Part shown: piece after piece, positions 56,696 to 64,000 of the stretch
Layout of the letters: each line of letters begins with the position of its first letter
Position numbering within the stretch: the first letter of the stretch is position 1
Assembly (NCBI GenBank): GCA_038211695.1
Contig: JBBQVH010000017.1
Location: 1,081 to 65,080 of the forward strand
From: Blastocatellia bacterium
GTDB taxonomy: Bacteria > Acidobacteriota > Blastocatellia > RBC074
DNA length: 64,000 nt
Direction: 5' to 3'
Position numbers and translations under genes: made by a program
The notes under the pieces: model-generated
Told to the model about the DNA's origin: nothing
The model's input: the letters and a program-made list of their open reading frames with translations, nothing else
Database searches by the model: none

Positions 56696-57247
56696 TTAGT
56701 GATGTAACCGGTAAAGCCTGGCTCGCACCCGTTCACTGACGAATTCATCTTCCAGCTTCCATCCCCACGCGGCCTTAATCGCGGGCCGCTTATGAGGAGT
56801 GAGGATGAGCAGCGAGTCCGCAATCAAACCAAGTTGCGCCAGTAACGCTGGCAGCCATGATTCGTCAATCAAATGCATGGCGAAGCTGCACACAATCAAA
56901 CTGTATTGCCGCCCGGCCACTGCCCCCGCCGCAATCTGCTCAAAGCTGACGGCCTCGGCCTGCTGCCCGGTTCTTGCCAGATACGCTTCTCCGGTATGCG
57001 GATCAACGCCGTCAATTTGCCGGCAGCCCAGTTCGCGTACTGCCAAAGTCACTTCTCCGCTGCCGCAAGCCAAGTCGAGCACCCGAGTCAAATCCAACTG
57101 CCAACAATGAACGGCTTGCTGTAATACTTCCCGGATAGTCCGTTCGTGCGGATTTCGATATTCCGCGCCGAACTGCGCATAGTAGCCTTCGACGCCATAC
57201 TCTTCGTATTGATGGCGAATGGCTTCAAGTTTATCAGGTACCATCAT
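56696..57247 (-). CDS. Class I SAM-dependent methyltransferase
   Basis: VLDLACGSGE, IVCSFAMHL. Confidence 0.82.
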   Translation of the reverse strand: MMVPDKLEAIRHQYEEYGVEGYYAQFGAEYRNPHERTIREVLQQAVHCWQLDLTRVLDLACGSGEVTLAVRELGCRQIDGVDPHTGEAYLARTGQQAEAVSFEQIAAGAVAGRQYSLIVCSFAMHLIDESWLPALLAQLGLIADSLLILTPHKRPAIKAAWGWKLEDEFVSERVRARLYRLHH

Positions 57248-57559
57248 CCGGCCTCTTCATCATCCGGGCTGAGCGGCCTTTGTGCACTGTGGCGGAAATA
57301 AAGGACGTGAACAGTTTCGTCTTCTGTGCGAAACAGAATGCGATACTTGCCAAAAATTAAGCTGACGAATTTCGCTCTTGAATGCCATGCTTTCCGATAC
57401 GACCGGGCATCGCGCCGGAAAATTGCGTAAGCTTTCCAGTGCTTTTTCCGGATCGAGATACCAAAGCGTTGCTTGCTCTGGCGAAAATTGGGCGATCCAC
57501 AAAGCTGCCTCATCAATTTCAAGCTTGGCAGGCTTTTCGATGATGACCCGATAGCTCAT
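57244..57559 (-). pseudogene. RelE/ParE-family toxin, frameshifted
   Basis: N-part MSYRVII...FPARCP...EIRQL in one frame; C-part IFGKYRILF...HVLYFRH in another; shift at ~57352-57361. Confidence 0.8.
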
Positions 57560-57861
57560 TGTTTTTCAGGAAGGTTAAGCTTCTGCCGCAATTCCGCAAG
57601 CACTTGTTCGGCAGGAACGCCGTGGCCATCACGCATTGATTCCAGACCACGATTGATGCCCTCGACCGTTTCCAAATACTCTATCGTTTCGATGATCTGG
57701 CCATAGCTCTTCGGGTCCAGCACAATCGCTTCCACCTGCCCGTCAACAGTCAGCATCAGAGGGTGCCGCGTCTCTTTCATCTGACTGATATGCTTGCCAG
57801 CGTTTTCCTGAAAGTCTATCAGTGAATGATACTCGCTTTGAGCAATCGCTGTGGTCGCCAT
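57556..57861 (-). CDS. Phd/YefM-type antitoxin
   Basis: SLIDFQENA, PLMLTVDGQVEAIV; AAGGAG RBS; ATGA overlap with the toxin. Confidence 0.85.
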   Translation of the reverse strand: MATTAIAQSEYHSLIDFQENAGKHISQMKETRHPLMLTVDGQVEAIVLDPKSYGQIIETIEYLETVEGINRGLESMRDGHGVPAEQVLAELRQKLNLPEKQ

Positions 57862-58154
57862 AATCATCTTCTCCTTGGATTGAAAGTTGAATGTGCTTTG
57901 GTCGAAATAATGGCACACGCTCATAAGCCGGACAAGCATCATTTCAACATCAACTTCGGCTCAAACGCTTCGCCCGCCGCCAACGTCACCCAGTTGGTCA
58001 GTTGAGCGCCAGCAGTTGGAACAGCAAGTCAAGGATCGGATACTGAACCTCAGCCTGCTGTTTGATTGGAACCAACGATTGCAAGGACGAATGCGCAAAG
58101 ATTGAGTGCGATTCGGCGGCATTTCGCCTGCGTTCATGCCGAACCAAGCGAGCC

Positions 58155-58183
58155 TTGAACTTTATCTATCGCTCTGCTACTTT
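58155..58183 (+). promoter_or_regulatory. rpsO promoter
   Basis: TTGAAC-17 bp-TACTTT with extended TG. Confidence 0.6.
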
Positions 58184-58236
58184 GACGCCTCACTCGACAA
58201 GGCAATCAACACATTCGGAGGAAAGAGATACCTGTA

Positions 58237-58506
58237 ATGGCTTTAGTAAAAGAAGCTAAGTTAGACATTATTTCGCAGTACAAGACGCATGTCAGCGACA
58301 CCGGTTCGCCGGAAGTTCAAGTGGCGCTCTTGACCAACCGCATCAACGAACTACAAGATCATTTCAAGACGCATAAGAAAGACAATCACTCGCGCCGCGG
58401 CCTGCTTAAGCTGGTCAGCCAGCGCCGCAGCCTGCTCGATTATTTGAAGCGCATTGACATCAATCGCTACCACGAGTTGATTAGTCGTCTCGGTTTGAGA
58501 AAGTAA
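58237..58506 (+). CDS. rpsO: 30S ribosomal protein S15
   Basis: [21 protein letters not shown]. Confidence 0.98.
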   Translation: MALVKEAKLDIISQYKTHVSDTGSPEVQVALLTNRINELQDHFKTHKKDNHSRRGLLKLVSQRRSLLDYLKRIDINRYHELISRLGLRK

Positions 58507-58542
58507 GTTTGAACCTGTTGGCGGCGTCCGAAATCATCGGAC

Positions 58543-58578
<36 letters not shown>

Positions 58579-58952
58579 ACTTCCTGCCAAAAGCTTCGCG
58601 ATAGATTTGAAGCTGGCTCGTCCGCAAGTTTACTGAGGAAGACGGGGAAGACGAATGATTACATCCGAATCCTGCTGACAACTTTTTCGGATGCCCTCAG
58701 CGCCACCATCACTTTCGATGAGCTGCCCATTCACCTGAGATCGCCCGCAGTGAGCGAAAGTTCTGATATTCCCTCAACAAGGAATCACCAATTTATTATC
58801 ACAGTTCCGGCCACGATGCCGCGGCGCGAATCTTCGTCGTCGCGCGCAACTCGTGGTTTTTTGTTTGTGTGGCATTCAAATCAGGCAGCTCTGGCAGCTA
58901 ATCGCCAGAGCTGCCCGATTTGAATGCCCACGTTGATGAGGAGAGATACAAG

Positions 58953-61094
58953 ATGTTTCTGAAACAAGGCATCAATTTAGGCGGTCGTGAGTTCACGATT
59001 GAAACCGGCCGCATCGCAAAACAAGCAGACGGCGCCGTGCTGGTTACACAAGGTGAAACCGTCGTCCTGGTGACGGCCGTGTCCGCACGCAAGCCCAGAG
59101 AAAACGCGGACTTTTTCCCGCTGACCGTTGATTACCGCGAATATGGTTACGCCGCGGGCCGCATCCCCGGCGGGTACTTCAAACGTGAAGGCCGCCCGAC
59201 GGAAAAAGAGATTCTGACCTGCCGGTTGACTGACCGTCCGATCCGTCCGCTGTTCCCCGAAGGGTATCAGCACGAAACACAGATCATTTCGATGGTCATG
59301 TCGGCGGATGATGACAATGAGCCGGATGTGCTGGCGATTACCGGGGCGTCAGCGGCGCTCTATTTGTCGGACATCCCCTTCCACAATCCGATTGCCGGTG
59401 TGCGCGTTGGTTTGGTCGAGGAAAAGTATGTGGTCAATCCGACCTACGACGAATTGCGGGAGTCGGTGCTGAACCTGATTGTCGCGGGCAGCGAAGAAGC
59501 CATCGTCATGGTCGAAGCGGGCGCAAAAGAAGTCAGCGAACAGGTCATGCTGGAAGCGTTGCTGTTTGCGCACGGCGAGATCAAGAAGCTTTGCCAGTTG
59601 CAGCGCGCGATGGGCGAAAAGCTCGCGATTAAAAAGCGCACCTTCGAACCGAAACCGGTCAATGAAGCAATGCTGCGCGAGATCGCCGAAAAATACAGCG
59701 GCGATATGCGCGAAGGCTTGAACGTACAAAACAAATCGAAGATCGAAAGTTACAGCGCAATCAGCGATTTGAAGAAACGCGTCATCGAGGGTTATCCCGA
59801 AGACAAACCGGAGCTTCGCAAAGAAGCGAGTTCCCTGTTCGATCACTTGAAAGAGGCCATCTTCCGCGATGACATTCTGAACAATCGCCGCCGTCCTGAT
59901 GGCCGCCGGTTTTCAGAGATTCGTCCAATCGCGATCGAAGCCGGCTGGCTGCCGCGCACGCACGGTTCGGCCATCTTCACGCGTGGCGAAACACAGGCCG
60001 TAGTGACGGTAACGCTGGGCACATCGCAGGATGCGCAGTACGTGGACAGCCTGGAGAATGGGGAATTCAAACGCCGCTTCATGCTCAACTACAATTTTCC
60101 GCCCTTCTCGGTTGGTGAAACGGGCCGCACGGGCAGCCCCGGACGCCGCGAAATCGGCCACGGCGTGCTGGCGCATCGTGCGATTGAAGCCGTCATGCCG
60201 GACGATGAAACATGGCCTTATGTCGTTCGCGTCGTATCTGACATTACCGAATCGAATGGTTCGTCTTCGATGGCCACGGTCTGCGGTGGAATCATCGCAA
60301 TGATGGATGCGGGCGTGCCGATCAAAGCGCCGGTTGCCGGTGTGGCGATGGGTTTGGTGATGGAAGACAAAAAGTTCGCCATCCTGACCGACATCGCTGG
60401 CGCCGAAGATCATTATGGCGATATGGATTTCAAAGTGGCCGGGACTCGCAACGGAATTACCGCTTTGCAAATGGACATCAAGGTTACCGGATTGAACCCG
60501 CAGATTCTGGCAGATGCGCTGGACCAGGCGAAGAAAGGCCGTCTCTTCATTCTGGACAAGATGGATGAAGTGCTGGCCGCTCCGCGCCCGGAGATCAGCC
60601 AATATGCGCCCAGAATCCTGACCATCCAGATCAACCCTGACAAGATTCGCGACGTCATTGGCCCGGGCGGTAAGATGATCAAATCCATCGTCGAACGCAC
60701 GGGCGCGAAGATTGACGTGGAAGATTCCGGACGGATCTCGATTGCCACTGCCAACGGCGAAGCCGCCGAGATGGCGATGCAGATCATTCGCGACATCACC
60801 GCCGAAGCCGAGATTAACAAAACCTACCTCGGCACGGTTTCGCGCATTGTGGATTTCGGCGCGTTCATCGAAATTCTGCCGGGGCTGGACGGCCTGCTGC
60901 ACGTTTCGGAGATCGCCGATTATCGCGTTCGCGATGTGCGTGATGAATTGACCGAAGGCCAGCAGGTCATGGTCAAATGCATCGGCATCGAGGGCAACAA
61001 AATCCGCCTGAGCCGCAAGGCGTTGGCCAATGAAAATAAGGGCGGCGGCAAAGAAGCCGGCCGAGGTCCAAACCGCCGTAACGAACAAGAGTAA
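58953..61094 (+). CDS. pnp: Polyribonucleotide nucleotidyltransferase
   Basis: FFPLTVDYRE, RREIGHG, ESNGSSSMA, GDMDFKVAG, KH and S1 domains. Confidence 0.98.
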   Translation: MFLKQGINLGGREFTIETGRIAKQADGAVLVTQGETVVLVTAVSARKPRENADFFPLTVDYREYGYAAGRIPGGYFKREGRPTEKEILTCRLTDRPIRPLFPEGYQHETQIISMVMSADDDNEPDVLAITGASAALYLSDIPFHNPIAGVRVGLVEEKYVVNPTYDELRESVLNLIVAGSEEAIVMVEAGAKEVSEQVMLEALLFAHGEIKKLCQLQRAMGEKLAIKKRTFEPKPVNEAMLREIAEKYSGDMREGLNVQNKSKIESYSAISDLKKRVIEGYPEDKPELRKEASSLFDHLKEAIFRDDILNNRRRPDGRRFSEIRPIAIEAGWLPRTHGSAIFTRGETQAVVTVTLGTSQDAQYVDSLENGEFKRRFMLNYNFPPFSVGETGRTGSPGRREIGHGVLAHRAIEAVMPDDETWPYVVRVVSDITESNGSSSMATVCGGIIAMMDAGVPIKAPVAGVAMGLVMEDKKFAILTDIAGAEDHYGDMDFKVAGTRNGITALQMDIKVTGLNPQILADALDQAKKGRLFILDKMDEVLAAPRPEISQYAPRILTIQINPDKIRDVIGPGGKMIKSIVERTGAKIDVEDSGRISIATANGEAAEMAMQIIRDITAEAEINKTYLGTVSRIVDFGAFIEILPGLDGLLHVSEIADYRVRDVRDELTEGQQVMVKCIGIEGNKIRLSRKALANENKGGGKEAGRGPNRRNEQE

Positions 61095-61108
61095 CGAACG
61101 AATCGAAC

Positions 61109-61161
61109 AAAGAGTGATGGACGACGGTTAAAGATAATCGCCGTTCATCACTCTTTACTTT
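61109..61161 (+). terminator. Hairpin after pnp
   Basis: AAAGAGTGATGGACG...CGTTCATCACTCTTT then ACTTT. Confidence 0.6.
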
Positions 61162-61186
61162 TCCCATTCATTTTTCAGAAAAGATT

Positions 61187-62278
61187 ATGCGAATCCTCGT
61201 AAGCTTGATCCTGGTTCTCTGTGCAACGACCTGCGGCATCTTTCTTTATTCAAACAAGGTGGCGTCCCATTTCATTGATCAGCAATCGCAGGCACCTCAG
61301 GCGTCTGGCGAACTCAAAGACCCACGCGAAAAACATCTGGCCAATATCAAACAGCTCACCTTTGGAGGCGAGAATGCCGAGGCCTACTTTTCGCAAGACG
61401 GCAAGAAGCTGATTTTTCAGCGGGCAGCGAAAGGCGATGGCTGCGACCAAATCTTTTCGATGGACCTGGATGGATCAGGAATGAAGATGCTGTCGAATGG
61501 AGAAGGCAAGACAACCTGTTCCTACTTCACGCCAGACAAGAAAAGCATCGTTTATGCTTCGACGTTTAAGGCTGATCCGACCTGCCCGCCGAAACCGGAT
61601 TTCTCAAAAGGCTACGTCTGGGCGCTCTATCCCGGCTTCGACATCTTCAAGGCCAATCTGGATGGATCGAATCCAAAGAAGCTCACCCACACCGACCGCT
61701 ATGACGCCGAGGCCACGATTCGCGCGGATGGAACCATTGTTTTTACCTCTTTGCGCGATGGCGACCTGGACATCTACACGATGGACAAGAACGGCAAGAA
61801 CGTAAAGAAGCTGACGACCGAACTGGGTTACGATGGCGGGCCGTTCTGGAGTTATGACGGCAAACAGATTGTTTATCGCGCCTATCATCCCGAAACCGAA
61901 AAAGAGAAAGCGGACTATATCGCGCTGATCAAAGAGAACCTGATTCGCCCCACCACGCTTGATTTGTGGATTATGAACGCCGACGGTTCGAACAAACGAC
62001 GCATTACCAATTTCAAAAAAGCCAGCTTCGCGCCGTTCTTCTTTCCGAACGGAAAGCGGGTCATCTTTTCATCGAACCTGGACGATCCGAAGGGACGCAA
62101 TTTCGAGCTTTACGCCGTCAACGTGGATGGCTCCGGTCAGGAACGCATCACTTTCAACGAGACCTTTGACGGTTTTCCGATGTTCTCCCCTGACGGAAAG
62201 AAACTAGTCTTCTGCTCCAATCGCCACGACGCCAAGCAAGGCGATACCAATGTCTTCATTGCCGATTGGGTGGAGTAG
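61187..62278 (+). CDS. TolB-like (PD40 repeat) beta-propeller protein, exported
   Basis: ENAEAYFSQDGK, YDGGPFWSYDGK, FDGFPMFSPDGK repeats. Confidence 0.88.
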   Translation: MRILVSLILVLCATTCGIFLYSNKVASHFIDQQSQAPQASGELKDPREKHLANIKQLTFGGENAEAYFSQDGKKLIFQRAAKGDGCDQIFSMDLDGSGMKMLSNGEGKTTCSYFTPDKKSIVYASTFKADPTCPPKPDFSKGYVWALYPGFDIFKANLDGSNPKKLTHTDRYDAEATIRADGTIVFTSLRDGDLDIYTMDKNGKNVKKLTTELGYDGGPFWSYDGKQIVYRAYHPETEKEKADYIALIKENLIRPTTLDLWIMNADGSNKRRITNFKKASFAPFFFPNGKRVIFSSNLDDPKGRNFELYAVNVDGSGQERITFNETFDGFPMFSPDGKKLVFCSNRHDAKQGDTNVFIADWVE

Positions 62279-62342
62279 TAGCACGCGATAATATTACCGA
62301 ACGCTTACTCTCAACCTCGTCACATTTCCAGCGATGTTTCAC

Positions 62343-62371
62343 GAAAACCCTACAGTTTCTGTAGGGTTTTC
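62343..62371. terminator. Symmetric terminator-like hairpin
   Basis: GAAAACCCTACAG-TTT-CTGTAGGGTTTTC. Confidence 0.7.
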
Positions 62372-62806
62372 TATCTCTCGCTATGGACAGATTTTCACCG
62401 ATGGCTTATCTTGCCGCAGCACGCAGTTGAGAATGTCCGTCAGCCTTGCCTTTCAACTACGGTGCCATTTAGGTCAGGAATAATCGAACAACAACTTCGC
62501 TTTGACGCTGAAATCAGCCCCTTAATCGGCATGGCGTATTCGCGGATTGTTTCCGCAGTCACCTGGGTAGCTTACTCCATGAAGCTTAAACACGTCCCGT
62601 CCAAGTCAGGCAGGTCTCTCCATAAACCCTACCAGCCTGGTTGCTGTTTATTTATGGGGTAAAGAGAACCGCGAAAGACCGGATAAAAAAATTATCGTGA
62701 CTTGAGCCACATTGTTGCTTTTTTTCGCATTAGATAATGGATGGGTGATTCGGGTGTTGGGCGATCATTAACATTAAAGACCTCGGCTGTCTCTCGGAGA
62801 AATTGA

Positions 62807-63439
62807 ATGGCCATTGATAAAGCGCCAGAGACGACGAATTGGGCCTTGACCAATCTGGCATTCGCCCGTTTATTGGATTGGCTCGACCCTGAACGGGAAC
62901 GCGCCGGTCAGGCATACGAACGACTGCGCCAGAAGCTGCGGCTTTTCTTCGAGCATCGCGGTTGTCCGTTTGCGGACGATTTGGCGGATAAAACGCTGGA
63001 TCGCGTCGCCCGAAAACTTGCGACGGGGACGGAAGTTCCACCTGCCGATTCCGCATCTTACTGTTACGGAGTTGCGCACAATATTTTGAAAGAATATTGG
63101 CGAAATCCCGCCAGAGAAACGCTTTCCCTTGACTCTCAGCCCAACAACGATAATCCTGCCACCAACGCGACAGTTCCCCCATTGGTAGAAAGCGAGCTTC
63201 AGGAAACTGAGATCAATCTTGCTCACTTGGACACCTGCCTGCAACGACTGTCGCCGGAAGATCGCAAACTGATTTTGAAATACTATCAAGGCGATCATCG
63301 TGGAAGGATCAATAACCGCCATGAACTGGCTGCGGAGTTGGGGCTTTCCCCTGGTAGTTTGCGAATTCGCGCGTTGCGCATCCGCGAACAACTCCACGAC
63401 TGGATGCGGCGAGCAACAAGCGGCGGAAATATCAAATAG
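62807..63439 (+). CDS. ECF-type sigma factor
   Basis: ADDLADKTLDRV, CLQRLSPEDRKLILKYY, LAAELGLS..SLRIRALRIR. Confidence 0.82.
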   Translation: MAIDKAPETTNWALTNLAFARLLDWLDPERERAGQAYERLRQKLRLFFEHRGCPFADDLADKTLDRVARKLATGTEVPPADSASYCYGVAHNILKEYWRNPARETLSLDSQPNNDNPATNATVPPLVESELQETEINLAHLDTCLQRLSPEDRKLILKYYQGDHRGRINNRHELAAELGLSPGSLRIRALRIREQLHDWMRRATSGGNIK

Positions 63440-63501
63440 CCGCGCACAATCACACCCCCTGAAAAAAACCGAAACAGATTGACGCTTTTCATCAATAGCA
63501 G

Positions 63502-63828
63502 ATGAACGGAAACTTGCCCACTTCAAAATTCGACAACAAGCGCGAGCAGACTTGCGCTGAAGCATCGGAGCGCGAAATGGTCAAGTATTTCCTGGGCAAT
63601 CTTCCCCCCGCAGAAGAACGGCAATTGGAAGAACTATTCTTCGCTGACGACCGGCTGTTCGACTGCCTTCAGGCAACCAAAGAAAAGCTGGTTGATGATT
63701 ACCTGCACGAAAGGCTGAATCAGGAAGATCGCGCGCTTTTCGAGCGAAACTTTCTTGGTTCGCCACCGCAACGGGAACAGGTCGAATTCGCTCGTGCTTT
63801 GATGAATAAGCTCTCTCAATTTCCTTAG
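63502..63828 (+). CDS. Small helical protein, probable anti-sigma-like domain
   Basis: YFLGNL...LEELFF, LVDDYL..RL...DRALFE..FL; follows the ECF sigma. Confidence 0.55.
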   Translation: MNGNLPTSKFDNKREQTCAEASEREMVKYFLGNLPPAEERQLEELFFADDRLFDCLQATKEKLVDDYLHERLNQEDRALFERNFLGSPPQREQVEFARALMNKLSQFP

Positions 63829-64000
63829 CCGAGTCTTCATTTCGTCACGCCATTTTTTTTCAAAAATTCCTTGTAACACTCAGCCCAATTCGATCAATCC
63901 AAAGTGCAGGGCGGCCGCTCTGCAAACGCAAGCAAAAAGTCAGTTACCACGTTGCCGCGAACAGATGTATGCGGCAACAAAAATATGTGGAAGTTCTGTC

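Noticed and set aside
57940-58010. Possible gene remnant (LTNWVTLAAGEAFEPKLMLK*) upstream of the antitoxin
   Set aside because: Too short to assign without a search
59913-61088. Long antisense ORFs (also 31370-32275, 9176-10075, 45590-46687)
   Set aside because: Shadow frames of GC-rich genes with no recognisable motifs

Overview
Bacterial chromosomal window of moderately high GC. Gene content (Oar-like TonB receptor, PadR + tandem ADOP permeases, Uma2, many REP-like palindromes) points to Acidobacteriota, probably Blastocatellia; this is inference. Left to right: (1) a polyuronate/alginate-type utilisation locus (TonB receptor, disrupted alginate lyase, heparinase II/III-like lyase, eda ... 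kdgK), split by a translationally coupled 4-gene helicase/helicase/nuclease/RecJ block; (2) rplU-rpmA-obgE-nadD-rsfS-rlmH-dksA-like on the minus strand; (3) an ECF sigma/anti-sigma/Crp operon followed by a dense FHA/Ser-Thr kinase/PP2C/PrsW/zinc-ribbon signalling cluster; (4) rplM-rpsI-rpsB-tsf-pyrH-frr; (5) Uma2 and a PadR-led array of four ADOP permeases, each with a conserved internal RBS+ATG; (6) MFS, crotonase, M20 amidohydrolase, then a ~970 bp gap without a credible ORF that carries a strong promoter and structured terminators (candidate large ncRNA); (7) a minus-strand run of antitoxin, frameshifted RelE/ParE toxin, methyltransferase, Na+/sugar symporter and galK; (8) rpsO-pnp, a TolB-like protein and a second ECF sigma with a small partner. 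No rRNA, tRNA, CRISPR array or transposase was recognised. All calls come from reading motifs by eye; no searches were run.
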